A stretch of DNA of 64,000 bases from Opitutia bacterium (GTDB lineage Bacteria; Verrucomicrobiota; Verrucomicrobiia; Opitutales; UBA953). The DNA is taken from positions 8,556-72,555 of the forward strand of contig CANCLV010000001.1 of NCBI GenBank assembly GCA_947378905.1, written 5' to 3'. The position numbers and the translations under genes are program-made. Shown piece by piece: positions 8,524-18,739 of this stretch. How positions within the stretch are numbered: the first letter of the stretch is position 1; the number at the start of each line of letters is the position of its first letter. A model generated the notes under the pieces. That model made no database searches and was not told the origin of the DNA. It was given only the letters and a program-made list of their open reading frames with translations.

Positions 8524-10119
8524 ATGAACGAACAGTCGCGCCAATATCGAAACATGGCGAAGACGGCGTCGTGGACGATGGTCTCGCGTGTTTTAGGTTT
8601 AGTCCGTGACCAATTAATCGCAGCGTTTTTTGGTGCAGGTATTGTGGCATCAGCTTTTTTATTCGCATTTCAAATCCCTAATTTATTTCGCCGACTTTTG
8701 GGTGAAGGAGCTCTGACCGCGGCGACGGTTCCAGTCTTGGCTGCTAAAGCAAATGAAGGTGGCACCAAGGAATCTTACGCCTTCTTAAATTATATCATTC
8801 GTCGAATGTTACCATGGATGTTGGGCCTAACCCTCGTGGGTATGGGTGGCGCATTGCTTTGGTTTCTATTAGCCGCAAACGACCAACAAAGGTACGCGGC
8901 AGAACTGACAGCCTGGTGCATGCCTTACATGCCCTTGATCTGTATCGCGGCGTTATTTACCTCAGCGGTCAATTTGAGTGGTCGATTTGGATTAGCGGAA
9001 ATTGCTTCATCGGCTCTAAACCTCTGTATGATTTTAGGTTTAGGTTTCTTTGGATATTATCTAGCCGACACTTCTATGGGTCAGGCTCGTTGGCTCTGTG
9101 CCGGCGCTATTGCTGGTGGTGTTTTACAATTACTCATACCCATGTGGGGCCTGCAACAGGCGGGTTGGAAAAGTCATCCGGTCCATGCCGATGAAAAGGC
9201 TTGGAGTGCGTTAAGAATCGCGTTTGTTCCGGCGGCTCTCGGTGCTGGTATTCTGCAGATCAATTTTTTAATTTCCCGAAGTCTCGCCTTCAACGTCGAT
9301 GGATCAGGTTTAACCTACTACTATATTGCGAATCGTATTGTGGAGTTACCCATTGGACTATTTTCAACTTCGATTGCGACCGTGATGTTCCCAGCAATGG
9401 CCACGGCCTTTGCGCAAAATAATTCCGATGCCCTCAGTCGAAACTACGCACGCGGTATGCGTTTGATTCTAGCTATCAACATTGCCGCCGCGGTTGGCTT
9501 CGTGGTTTTCTCGAGAGAAATCGTTCAGGTGCTTTTTGAATTTGGAAAATTCAAGTTGGAGGACTGTGAGAATACCCGCCTCGTACTTTGTCTTTTTGCG
9601 TTAGCGATGCCGTTCCATGCGATGATTTCCATGGTTACGCGTGCCTTAAACGTAATTGGTAATACTACGGCGACATTCCGTGTGGCCTTGCAGTCTGTGT
9701 CGGTCAACGTGGTCGCCTCGATCTTCGTCGTATGGAAGGGTTATGGTATTGAGGGCTTAGCCTGTGCTAATGCTTTGGCTGCCATAATTCAGTATGCGTT
9801 GCTGCGTATGGAACTTAAAAAATCTGCACCTTATGTTTTATCAGAATCACTTTGGAAGCCTTGCGGGCAAAGTATTTTAGGATCGGTAATTATGGGTGGC
9901 ATTGCATACCAGATTTTTCATTTCGTAAATCCGCTGTTACATGGCTGGAATTTCCTGAACTCAAAAATCGCATTATTCATTGCCATGAGTATCGCTGCGG
10001 CCATCGCTGCCGCCGCTTATGCCGCTATTCTATATTGGTGGAAGTATCCCGAGCGAGATATGATGACAGATGCGCTTGATAAGGTTAAGCATCGTCTGGG
10101 CATGAGAACCGACGCCTAG
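8524..10119 (+). CDS. murJ: Lipid II flippase MurJ (MviN)
   Basis: SRVLGLVRDQLIAAFFGAG...AFLFAFQIPNLFRRLLGEGALTAA is the conserved MurJ N-terminus. About 14 predicted TM segments, 531 aa. Confidence 0.9.
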   Translation: MNEQSRQYRNMAKTASWTMVSRVLGLVRDQLIAAFFGAGIVASAFLFAFQIPNLFRRLLGEGALTAATVPVLAAKANEGGTKESYAFLNYIIRRMLPWMLGLTLVGMGGALLWFLLAANDQQRYAAELTAWCMPYMPLICIAALFTSAVNLSGRFGLAEIASSALNLCMILGLGFFGYYLADTSMGQARWLCAGAIAGGVLQLLIPMWGLQQAGWKSHPVHADEKAWSALRIAFVPAALGAGILQINFLISRSLAFNVDGSGLTYYYIANRIVELPIGLFSTSIATVMFPAMATAFAQNNSDALSRNYARGMRLILAINIAAAVGFVVFSREIVQVLFEFGKFKLEDCENTRLVLCLFALAMPFHAMISMVTRALNVIGNTTATFRVALQSVSVNVVASIFVVWKGYGIEGLACANALAAIIQYALLRMELKKSAPYVLSESLWKPCGQSILGSVIMGGIAYQIFHFVNPLLHGWNFLNSKIALFIAMSIAAAIAAAAYAAILYWWKYPERDMMTDALDKVKHRLGMRTDA

Positions 10120-10958
10120 TTACTTTTACGGTATTTAAAATTCAAAGCGGCTAAAATGGCGACTGTTTCGCTGTCGGCCTCGCCATTCACTTTAGAGCTT
10201 CGGAAGTGTCTTTGAAATGCTTCGAGTGCTAACTTCATACATTTAGCTTGTGAGTTTTCGGGCTGATACCCGTAGGTTTTTAGCATCTCAAATAACTCTG
10301 AATTTTTTGGGAGTTTTTTATTATAAATAATTTTGAATCGTTCGACGTCGACATCATCGGGCCAGGCACCCACGCCGCTTTCCGCTAAAAGTTTCCAAGG
10401 GAAATTGCTACCCGGATCCACTTTTCGACCAATGGCGATATCAGAATGTGCCAGCACATTAGTCGCTTGAATGTGATAGCGCCTAATAATATCCAGTGAC
10501 AGATTAATGACTTTGGTAATTTGCGCTTTAGGATAAACTTTGGTATTACCATCCAGATTCACGATTTCGATTCCGATGGACGCCTGATTCATACTTTTAA
10601 CATTCAGCCATTTACTTTTACCAGCATGGGACGTGGAAAATTCCTCGGAAGCTAATTTGAAAACCCTTGGTACTGGCTCATCGCTCACCAAATAATGGAT
10701 GCCTACCTTATGCTGAGGGTCCTTGCCCCTCAATATATCCAAGGCGGAGGGAAGGGGTGCAGCGGTATGATGTAAGATGAGGTATGTGATGGGCGCTAAC
10801 CTTGGCTCGATAGCCTCACAGCTTAAACACTGATCAGCCGGAAAGGAATTAGCCTCTGGTACTCTTTTGGTGCTCGAACCAGTAGTGCAACCTCCCAGAA
10901 ACAGACCAAACAATACCCAGAGGATACATGAATCAAATGAGTGTTTTCGTGCAAACAT
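10116..10958 (-). CDS. N-acetylmuramoyl-L-alanine amidase (Amidase_2/PGRP type, AmiD/AmpD-like) lipoprotein
   Basis: Motifs ILHHTA, GIHYLV, HAGKSKW, SIGIEIVN and HSDIAIGRKVDPG. Lipobox LFLGGC. I prefer ATG 10958 (MFARKHS) over the TTG at 11003 used by the ORF track. Confidence 0.85.
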   Translation of the reverse strand: MFARKHSFDSCILWVLFGLFLGGCTTGSSTKRVPEANSFPADQCLSCEAIEPRLAPITYLILHHTAAPLPSALDILRGKDPQHKVGIHYLVSDEPVPRVFKLASEEFSTSHAGKSKWLNVKSMNQASIGIEIVNLDGNTKVYPKAQITKVINLSLDIIRRYHIQATNVLAHSDIAIGRKVDPGSNFPWKLLAESGVGAWPDDVDVERFKIIYNKKLPKNSELFEMLKTYGYQPENSQAKCMKLALEAFQRHFRSSKVNGEADSETVAILAALNFKYRKSN

Positions 10959-11123
10959 CGGGTGAGTTATCCTGAGCCTATACTGGGACAGGATAGACCC
11001 CAAGATTATTCATATATTTATTGATATTATGCCTGTATTTATTGTACTATAGTTAATTAGACATAATGTATATTGTGCGAAATATACGATAAGGCTGGTT
11101 TAGGCTCTGTAATCGGCTTGCCA

Positions 11124-11151
11124 TTTACATGACTGAGAACAGTCATATAAA
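11124..11151 (+). promoter_or_regulatory. Candidate promoter plus palindromic operator of the DeoR-regulated deoxyhexose operon
   Basis: TTTACA (11124-11129), a 16-nt spacer, then TATAAA (11146-11151), which ends 8 nt before the ATG at 11160. The spacer holds the inverted repeat ATGACT-gagaac-AGTCAT (11129-11146). Confidence 0.45.
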
Positions 11152-11159
11152 TACCCCCT

Positions 11160-11936
11160 ATGAAAGTTGCACGTCATGTTATCGAAGCCCGTCGTGAGGC
11201 AATTGCAAAGCTACTCGGAAATGTTGGCTATGTCCCTGTCCTCGAAATCTGTAAGCAGTTTAATGTTTCCGAAGCTACTGCGCGTCGCGATCTCACTGAA
11301 TTAGAAAGTCAGCGTCGCTTAACTAGAACTCATGGTGGCGCTTTATCTGACTTCAATAGAAACTTCCCGCCATTAGATTCACGTAAAACTGAGGAAGCTG
11401 AAGCTAAGCAAAAAGTCGGACTCAAGGCTGCAAGCTTTGTTAAGGCTGGTATGACCATCTACATAGATTCTGGTTCGACCGTTCATTGTGCTGCTGAAGC
11501 GATTGTCGCTGCCCGTATTCCTGACTTACAAATTATCACGACCAGTATTCCAACGGCTCAGTTAGTTTGTACATTACCAGGAGTTGAAGTTTATATCCCT
11601 GGCGGATTGTATCTTGCGCAACAAGCCATGGTCGCTGGTGATCGCACGTTAGAGGAAGTTGCCCGTTGGAATTTTGATTTAGCATTACTCGGTGCTCAAG
11701 GTATCGACGAAAACGGACTCTGGAATTCTCAGCGCGATATTTCACATCAACAACGTGAAGTGATTCGCCGTAGTGATTTGACGCTTATTTGCATGCACAA
11801 GTCCAAGCTTGGGCGTACCGGTCCAAGTGCTGTGACTCGAGATATTGCCCCTCTGTATTTAGTTGTTGATGCTGATGCCGCTATGGTCGCTAAGGCCAAA
11901 GTAAAAATGCCAGCCCAGCACATCATTACCGCCTAA
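11160..11936 (+). CDS. DeoR/GlpR family transcriptional repressor (likely regulator of the downstream sugar operon)
   Basis: N-terminal wHTH (ICKQFNVSEATARRDLTELE) and a C-terminal DeoR sugar-phosphate sensor domain (IYIDSGSTV, ...LLGAQGID). Confidence 0.9.
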   Translation: MKVARHVIEARREAIAKLLGNVGYVPVLEICKQFNVSEATARRDLTELESQRRLTRTHGGALSDFNRNFPPLDSRKTEEAEAKQKVGLKAASFVKAGMTIYIDSGSTVHCAAEAIVAARIPDLQIITTSIPTAQLVCTLPGVEVYIPGGLYLAQQAMVAGDRTLEEVARWNFDLALLGAQGIDENGLWNSQRDISHQQREVIRRSDLTLICMHKSKLGRTGPSAVTRDIAPLYLVVDADAAMVAKAKVKMPAQHIITA

Positions 11937-11956
11937 TTTTATCACCCACCCTACTC

Positions 11957-13570
11957 GTGAAAAAAAATATTATCTACTTGGTCGCTAACGGCGATCTTCG
12001 TGCTTCCGCTAATCAGAAGTGTGAAAAAGAACAATTAGCGATGGAGGCGAAATTAATTTCGGCCCTCCGTGTGCTCGGTTACACCGTCAAGCGTGCTCAC
12101 GGATATCGCTCCGATGTTAAGCACAGCTTCATCGATTCTCAAAAATACGGCATCCAAGTATTTAGCAAGATCCCTCAAGATGCTCCCGTCATTGTCGCTG
12201 AAGCGGTCTGGCAATATTCTCACCACATTCTTCCAGGTTTATTAACTCATACTGGCCCCATTTTAACTCTGGCTAATTGGTCAGGCGTTTGGCCAGGTCT
12301 CGTCGGCATGTTGAATCTCAATGGTTCACTCCTCAAGGCCGGCGTTAAATTCTCCTCGTTATGGAGTGAGGATTTCACTGATGAGAAATTTAAAAAAGGT
12401 TTAGTAGCATGGCTCAAGAAAGGTGAAGTCAAACACGCTACACCTCATGTGAAGTCCTTGAGTCGTCCGCTTGCAGGTGCTGACGCCTCTGTCGGTCGTC
12501 GCTTCGCACAAGATTTCCGTTCGCGTAAGGCTATCATGGGTGTCTTCGACGAAGGTTGTATGGGTATGTACAACGCCATTATTCCTGACGAAATCATCCA
12601 TCCTACCGGAGTTTATAAAGAACGTCTCAGTCAGTCTTCTTTATACGCCGAAATGTGGAAAGTAAAAGATGCCGAAGCGCAGAAGGCTTTAAATTGGCTA
12701 CTTAAAAAAGGTATGAAGTTTGCTTGGGGTAAGAATGAAAAAACTGAACTCACCAAAGCACAGACTCTCACTCAATTGAAAATGTACATCGCCGCTGTGC
12801 GCATTGCTGATGACTTCGGCTGTGCGACCATCGGTATTCAGTATCAACAAGGTCTGAAGGATCTCGCCCCTGCCTCGGATCTCGTCGAAGGCCTCTTGAA
12901 TAACCGCGAGCGCCCTCCTGTCTTTGATCGCACTAACAAGCGTGAACTATTTAAAGGTGAAGCCCTCCCTCACTTTAACGAAGTCGATGAGTGTGCCGGT
13001 CTCGATGGATTAATCACTTATCACTTGTGGAAGAAATTAGGATTCGAACCTGAAAACACTCTGCACGATTTACGTTGGGGTCGTCAGTATGTCGGTCCAT
13101 CCGGCAAGAAGATGATTGATGAGTATGTTTGGGTCTTCTTAATTTCTGGTGCTGCTCCCGTTCAACATTTCATCGGCGGATATAAAGGCACGGTTTCTGA
13201 AAGACAGCCAGCCATGTATTTCCGTTTAGGCGGTGGTACGGTTAAAGGTGTGTCCAAACCAGGTTGGATTGTTTGGTCCCGTATTTTTGTTCGTGATAAC
13301 GAACTCCACGCTGACTTGGGTATCGCTGAGGTCATTGCTTTACCTCAGGCTGAAACCGAAGATCGCTGGCAGAAATCCACTCCGCAGTGGCCAATCATGC
13401 ACACCGTGCTCTCGGGCATTTCTCGCGATGAAATGATGGCCCGCCACCCTTCTAACCACATCCAAGTGGTCTATACACCCTCCCCTGCCGGCGCAAAACG
13501 CGGATTATTGGCTAAAGCCGCCGCTTTCCAAGAATTAGGCATCAAGGTGTCCCTTTGCGGTAAGTACTAA
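11957..13570 (+). CDS. L-fucose/L-arabinose isomerase superfamily sugar isomerase (putative 6-deoxyhexose isomerase)
   Basis: GTG start, 537 aa. The N-terminus (IIYLVANGDLR...) and C-terminal region (WPIMHTVLSGISRDEMMARHPSNHIQVVY) resemble FucI/AraA-type isomerases by eye. It occupies the isomerase slot of the operon. The family assignment needs an HMM check. Confidence 0.6.
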   Translation: MKKNIIYLVANGDLRASANQKCEKEQLAMEAKLISALRVLGYTVKRAHGYRSDVKHSFIDSQKYGIQVFSKIPQDAPVIVAEAVWQYSHHILPGLLTHTGPILTLANWSGVWPGLVGMLNLNGSLLKAGVKFSSLWSEDFTDEKFKKGLVAWLKKGEVKHATPHVKSLSRPLAGADASVGRRFAQDFRSRKAIMGVFDEGCMGMYNAIIPDEIIHPTGVYKERLSQSSLYAEMWKVKDAEAQKALNWLLKKGMKFAWGKNEKTELTKAQTLTQLKMYIAAVRIADDFGCATIGIQYQQGLKDLAPASDLVEGLLNNRERPPVFDRTNKRELFKGEALPHFNEVDECAGLDGLITYHLWKKLGFEPENTLHDLRWGRQYVGPSGKKMIDEYVWVFLISGAAPVQHFIGGYKGTVSERQPAMYFRLGGGTVKGVSKPGWIVWSRIFVRDNELHADLGIAEVIALPQAETEDRWQKSTPQWPIMHTVLSGISRDEMMARHPSNHIQVVYTPSPAGAKRGLLAKAAAFQELGIKVSLCGKY

Positions 13571-13571
13571 A

Positions 13572-14333
13572 ATGAGTACCGAAGCTAAGGATTTAAATCC
13601 ACTCTTAGAGCTGTCGCACCAAATGGGTTCGCCCACGTTGCGTATGGCAATTTTGGGTGAAGGTAATTCATCCATGAAACTGAATGATGAAACCTTTGCG
13701 GTAAAAGCATCCGGTACCAATCTCGAAAAACTGCAGACAAGTGACGTCGCCGTTTGTCGCTTCGATAAACTTCTACCACTGTTTAAAGAGAATGACTTAA
13801 CTGATGCCGCGATTGATAAAGCATTGTTTGATTCGCGCGTAGATTCAAATGCCAAGAAGCCTTCGATTGAAGCGCTCTTTCACGCATGGCTCTTAACTCT
13901 GCCCGGTGTCAACTGCGTCGGTCACGTTCACGCCATCGCCGTAAATCAAATTCTCTGCTCTCCACGCGCAAAGGAATTTGCGACGCAACGACTTTTTCCT
14001 GACGAGGTTGTACTTTGCGGAACTGAATCCGTTTTAGTACCTTACGTTGATCCAGGTTTAAGTTTAGCTAAAGCGATTCGCGATGAAACGCTGTTGTATA
14101 TTCGTCGCACCGGACGTGAACCCAAAGTTATTCTGTTGAAGAATCACGGAATCATCGCCGTGGGTTCGAGTCCCAAAGCGGTCATGGGCACATTGCTCAT
14201 GGCTGAAAAGTCTGCGCAAATTTTTGTTGGTGCCGCCACCCTGGGTGGTCCCGATTTCATGTCAGCTGGACAAGTCGAACGTATTGCGGGTCGCCCTGAC
14301 GAACACTACCGCCAAAAAATGCTTGGACAATAA
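13572..14333 (+). CDS. Class II aldolase/adducin-domain protein (stand-alone paralogue of the RhaE module)
   Basis: GEGNSSMKL..AVKASGTNL and GHVHAIAVN parallel GGGNTSSK..WVKGSGGDL and DHMHPNAII in the N-terminal half of the downstream RhaEW protein. Confidence 0.75.
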   Translation: MSTEAKDLNPLLELSHQMGSPTLRMAILGEGNSSMKLNDETFAVKASGTNLEKLQTSDVAVCRFDKLLPLFKENDLTDAAIDKALFDSRVDSNAKKPSIEALFHAWLLTLPGVNCVGHVHAIAVNQILCSPRAKEFATQRLFPDEVVLCGTESVLVPYVDPGLSLAKAIRDETLLYIRRTGREPKVILLKNHGIIAVGSSPKAVMGTLLMAEKSAQIFVGAATLGGPDFMSAGQVERIAGRPDEHYRQKMLGQ

Positions 14334-15802
14334 TGTCACACTACCTTGCCATTGATTTAGGAGCTGAGTCCGGACGCGTTATCCGTGGTTCACTACGATC
14401 TGGTAAATTGAGCATGACTGAAGTTCACCGTTTTTCTAACGGTGCGATAAAACACAAAGGCACCTTACGCTGGGATTTTCCCCGACTCATTAAAGAAATC
14501 GAAGTCGGTTTACAGAAAGCTGCGAAACTCGGACCAGTAAAATCCATCGGCTGTGACTCTTGGGGCGTAGATTACGTTTTAATCAATCGTGCCGGTGAGA
14601 TCATTGATTTACCTTATTGCTACCGGGACGAGCGCACCGACGCCACTTTTACAGAGATTCAGAAAAAGCTTTCTCCACAAAAGATTTTCAGTGCTACGGG
14701 TATTGGGTCTCTTTCCATCAATACGCTTTATCAGTTATACGCTGATCTCAAAACCCGTCCGAAGGCTTTAAAGAATACCGATAAATTCTTACTCATCGGT
14801 GATGCCGTAAGTTGGAAACTGACTGGAAAAATTCGTGCGGAAGAAACTTTGATATCGGGTAGTCAATTATGGGATACTAGTAAAAATCAATGGGCGTGGC
14901 CCTTGATTGAAAAGCTAAACATTCCGAAACATCTTTTCCCTGAAACCATCCAGCCTGGAAAAGTCATCGCAAAACTTTCACCTGCGTTAGAGAAAAAAAC
15001 TAAACTCAAAAATGTTCAAGTAGTTGCGGTCTGCGCTCATGATACCGCTTCGGCTGTGGCTGCTGTACCAGCGCCTAAGGGAAATCAATGGGCCTATCTT
15101 TCATCAGGAACTTGGTCGCTGCTGGGTGTTGAACTCAATAAGCCCTTGATCAGTGAGGCGGTCCGTAAGGCGAACTTCACTAATGAAATTGGTCATAATC
15201 GTACCACCCGCTTCCTGAAATGTTTAGTAGGACTTTGGATTTTACAGGAATGTCGCCGCGAATGGGTTAAGACGGATAAGAAGCTCGATTATTCAAGCAT
15301 CACTCAACAGGCAGAAAAATCCCCCGAGTTACGTTCTCTCATCAGACCTGATGACAGTCGATTTTCAAAAATGGGAAGTATGGTTAAAAAAGTCCAAGAC
15401 TACTGTCGTGAGACTAAACAACCCATCCCTCAATCTGTCGGTGAAATCACCCGCTGTATTTTGGATTCTTTAGCTCTCCTCTATCGAGCAGAATTAGATG
15501 GCGTTGAAAAACTTACCCGTCGGAAAATTAAACAACTTCATATTGTCGGTGGCGGATGTCGTAATGATGTTTTAAATCAAGCCACCGCGAATGCTACAGG
15601 TCGACTCATTGTAACCGGTCCAGTTGAAGCCACCGCCATGGGAAATATTCTAGTGCAGGCGATGGCGACGAAAGAACTCAAAAATATTGAAGAACTTCGC
15701 CAAGTAGTACGTCGCTCCAATCAATTTAAAACCTTTAAGCCGAAGTCCGCAGCACCCTGGGCTAAGGCCTACTCTATTTTCCAAAAACTTCCTAAATCTT
15801 AA
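14333..15802 (+). CDS. rhaB: Rhamnulokinase (FGGY family)
   Basis: Colinear by eye with E. coli RhaB: AIDLGAESGRV, DSWGVDYVL, YRDERT, NTLYQL, HDTASAV, YLSSGTWSL and LHIVGGGCRNDVLNQ. Confidence 0.85.
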   Translation: MSHYLAIDLGAESGRVIRGSLRSGKLSMTEVHRFSNGAIKHKGTLRWDFPRLIKEIEVGLQKAAKLGPVKSIGCDSWGVDYVLINRAGEIIDLPYCYRDERTDATFTEIQKKLSPQKIFSATGIGSLSINTLYQLYADLKTRPKALKNTDKFLLIGDAVSWKLTGKIRAEETLISGSQLWDTSKNQWAWPLIEKLNIPKHLFPETIQPGKVIAKLSPALEKKTKLKNVQVVAVCAHDTASAVAAVPAPKGNQWAYLSSGTWSLLGVELNKPLISEAVRKANFTNEIGHNRTTRFLKCLVGLWILQECRREWVKTDKKLDYSSITQQAEKSPELRSLIRPDDSRFSKMGSMVKKVQDYCRETKQPIPQSVGEITRCILDSLALLYRAELDGVEKLTRRKIKQLHIVGGGCRNDVLNQATANATGRLIVTGPVEATAMGNILVQAMATKELKNIEELRQVVRRSNQFKTFKPKSAAPWAKAYSIFQKLPKS

Positions 15803-15814
15803 TTATAAAATATC

Positions 15815-18007
15815 ATGTCCTCATTAAAATATGTATCTAACCTTTGGAACGACGCTGAAGTCGCCAAGCTCGATCCAGTCGGACGATTAGTTTATCGTTC
15901 GAACAAGTTGGGAGCCGACCAGCGCATCACCAATACGGGTGGCGGTAATACCTCTTCCAAGACGGCTGAAAAAGATCCGTTATCCGGCAAGAACGTGCCC
16001 GTGCTATGGGTCAAAGGTTCAGGTGGCGATTTACGTACGTCTACTCGCGAGAATTTTTCATCACTCTATCAAGATAAGTTAATCGAGTTACAGACCGTGT
16101 ATGCCGCACGTGCCGACAAGGGATTAAAGTCACAGGCTGAAGATGACATGGTCGCGATGTACAACCACACGACGTTTAATTTAAATCCTCGAGCCTCATC
16201 GATTGATACCCCTCTGCACAGTTTCTTACCTGGCAAGCATGTCGACCACATGCACCCTAATGCGATTATTTCAATTGCTGCTTCTAAGAATTGCGAAGCA
16301 CTGACGCAAAAAATCTTCGGAGGTAAAATGGCGTATGTAAAATGGATGCGCCCAGGTTTCGAATTAGGATTAGCGATGCAGGAAATCGCCCGCAAAGAAC
16401 CTTCAACCAAGGCCATCATGATGGGGCAACACGGATTCATTTCATGGGCTGATGATGATAAAGCCTGTTACGAACTTACCCTCTCCATGATTGAACAAGC
16501 TGCCGCTTATATCGAATCGCAGTATCAATCCAAAGGTGGCGATGCGAAAGCTTTCGGTGGCGCTAAATATCAAACGCTCGATGTGGCTAAACGAAATGAA
16601 GTCTTGGCAAAAATTTTACCCTGGCTCCGTGGTCAAGTCTCACAAGAAAAGCGTTTTATTGGAACGGTTCAGGATGATGAAAAGATTTTACGTTTCGTTA
16701 ATTCGAAAGATGCACCTCGCTTAGCAGAATTAGGCACATCTTGCCCTGATCACTTCCTGCGCACGAAAATCAAACCTCTGTACATCGATTGGAATCCTCA
16801 AGCCGAGGATGTCGCCACACTTAAGTCTAAACTTCAAGCTGGTTTAGATAACTACCGTAAAGATTACGCTAAATATTATAATGCATGCAAACGTGCGAAT
16901 TCACCAGCAATGCGTGATTCAAATCCTACCGTGGTTCTGATTCCTGGTGTAGGCATGGTGGCTTGGGGTAAAGATAAGTCTGAGTCACGTGTTACGGCAG
17001 AGTTTTATAATTGTGCAGTCGAAGTCATGCGCGGAGCGGAGGCGATTGATCAGTATATTGCCCTGCCCCAACAAGAAGCTTTCGATATCGAATACTGGTT
17101 ATTGGAAGAAGCTAAATTAAAGCGCATGCCTGCGGAGAAAGAATTAGCACGCCAAGTGATAATCGTGGTCGGTGCTGGTTCAGGCATCGGTAAAGAAACC
17201 GCACACCGCTTAGTTAAAGAAGGTGCCCATATCGTTTGCGTGGATAAAAATCTCGAATCGGCCCAAGCGACGGCTAAAGAAATTACTGATAAGTATGGTA
17301 TTGGTATCGGTGTTGCTGGTACTAGATTATCTAATTGCGGTCCGGCCATTGGCTTAGCTGGTGATATCATGGATCGTAACTCCATTCGTCGCATGCTTGA
17401 TGAAGTCGCTTTAGCCTACGGTGGCTTTGATTCTATCTGCGTTACCGCCGGTATCTTCGTATCACCTGATACTTCTGGACATATTCCAGATGACAAGTGG
17501 GCTCTCACATTTGCATTAAATGTAACCGGTAGTTACTTGGTGGCTGATGAAGCTTTCAAGACCTGGAAGGAACAAGGACTCCGTGGAAACATGGTTCTTA
17601 CGACTAGCGCGAATGCCGTTGTGGCGAAGAAGGGTTCAGTTGCCTACGACACATCCAAAGCCGCCGCAAATCACCTCGTACGTGAACTAGCGATGGAATT
17701 ATCTCCACTCATTCGTGTTAATGGTGTTGCTCCTGCAACGGTTGTTCAAGGTTCGGCGATGTTCCCACGCGATCGCGTAATCGCATCACTCGCCAAATAT
17801 AATATCCCATATACTGACGATGAAGCCTCGGAGTCTCTGACAACAAAACTCTCTAAGTTCTATGCAGAAAGAACTTTAACTAAGAATCCGATTACTCCAG
17901 CCGACCAGGCGGAGGCGTATTTCTTATTAGTCTCTAATCGACTCAATAAAACCACCGGCCAGGTGATTACAGTCGACGGTGGCCTGCACGAGGCTTTCTT
18001 AAGATAG
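15815..18007 (+). CDS. rhaEW: Bifunctional rhamnulose-1-phosphate aldolase / lactaldehyde dehydrogenase (RhaEW type: class II aldolase + SDR)
   Basis: The N-terminus LVYRSNKLGADQRITNTGGGNTSSK is typical of this bifunctional family. The C-terminal SDR has VVGAGSGIGKETA and a YDTSKAA catalytic motif. Length 730 aa. Confidence 0.85.
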   Translation: MSSLKYVSNLWNDAEVAKLDPVGRLVYRSNKLGADQRITNTGGGNTSSKTAEKDPLSGKNVPVLWVKGSGGDLRTSTRENFSSLYQDKLIELQTVYAARADKGLKSQAEDDMVAMYNHTTFNLNPRASSIDTPLHSFLPGKHVDHMHPNAIISIAASKNCEALTQKIFGGKMAYVKWMRPGFELGLAMQEIARKEPSTKAIMMGQHGFISWADDDKACYELTLSMIEQAAAYIESQYQSKGGDAKAFGGAKYQTLDVAKRNEVLAKILPWLRGQVSQEKRFIGTVQDDEKILRFVNSKDAPRLAELGTSCPDHFLRTKIKPLYIDWNPQAEDVATLKSKLQAGLDNYRKDYAKYYNACKRANSPAMRDSNPTVVLIPGVGMVAWGKDKSESRVTAEFYNCAVEVMRGAEAIDQYIALPQQEAFDIEYWLLEEAKLKRMPAEKELARQVIIVVGAGSGIGKETAHRLVKEGAHIVCVDKNLESAQATAKEITDKYGIGIGVAGTRLSNCGPAIGLAGDIMDRNSIRRMLDEVALAYGGFDSICVTAGIFVSPDTSGHIPDDKWALTFALNVTGSYLVADEAFKTWKEQGLRGNMVLTTSANAVVAKKGSVAYDTSKAAANHLVRELAMELSPLIRVNGVAPATVVQGSAMFPRDRVIASLAKYNIPYTDDEASESLTTKLSKFYAERTLTKNPITPADQAEAYFLLVSNRLNKTTGQVITVDGGLHEAFLR

Positions 18008-18010
18008 ACT

Positions 18011-18739
18011 GTGCGCGTTTCCCTATTCATTCCCTGCTTCGTTGACCAACTTACCCCACAGGTAGGTTTGGCGACGGTGAAGGTTTTGAAAAAACTGGGA
18101 CAAGAGGTTGAATTTATCCCCACACAAACTTGTTGTGGTCAGCCCTCATATAATTCTGGTCAATGGGAAATTGCCAAAGAAGGTGCCATCCGCACTCTAG
18201 AAGTCTTTAGAGACGCCGAGGTGGTTGTCGGGCCTTCAGGCTCATGCGTAGCTATGATCAAGAAATTTTATCCTGAACTTTTACACGGTACAAAATACGA
18301 GCAAGAGGCTAAAAATTTATCGCAACGCACTTTTGAATTTTCTGATTTCTTGGTCACAAAACTTAAAACGATCGATATCGGTGCGTCCTTAAATAAGAAA
18401 GTGACCTACCATGATGGTTGCCACGCTCTGCGTGAATTAAGACTTAAAGAGGAGCCACGTAAATTATTACGTGCGGTTAAAGGTTTAGAATTAATTGAAA
18501 CGGAAGAATCGGAATCCTGCTGTGGCTTTGGTGGTTTATTTTCGGTGAAGTTTCCGATGATTTCGACAGCGATGGTGCAGGTGAAAGCCAGTGCCCTCTC
18601 ACGAACAGGTGCAGACTATATCGTGTCCTCAGACCCCTCTTGCTTACTTCAGATTGGCGGCTGGTTGTCACGCGAAGGTAAAGTTATCAGACCTCTGCAT
18701 ATCGCGGAGCTCTTAGCGATGGGGATCGACCATGTCTGA
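18011..18739 (+). CDS. lutA: L-lactate utilisation protein LutA (CCG-domain Fe-S oxidoreductase)
   Basis: GTG start. Two cysteine-rich CCG repeats (CCGQP, CCGFGG). It is followed by lutB and lutC with overlapping junctions. Confidence 0.9.
   Translation: MRVSLFIPCFVDQLTPQVGLATVKVLKKLGQEVEFIPTQTCCGQPSYNSGQWEIAKEGAIRTLEVFRDAEVVVGPSGSCVAMIKKFYPELLHGTKYEQEAKNLSQRTFEFSDFLVTKLKTIDIGASLNKKVTYHDGCHALRELRLKEEPRKLLRAVKGLELIETEESESCCGFGGLFSVKFPMISTAMVQVKASALSRTGADYIVSSDPSCLLQIGGWLSREGKVIRPLHIAELLAMGIDHV

Noticed and set aside
11004-11123. An AT-rich 120-nt stretch between the amidase gene and the DeoR promoter (several TATATT/TATTGT repeats), considered as a small RNA or an UP-element/IHF site cluster.
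   Set aside because: It most simply contains the divergent amidase promoter. No stable stem-loop, terminator or conserved ncRNA motif is visible.
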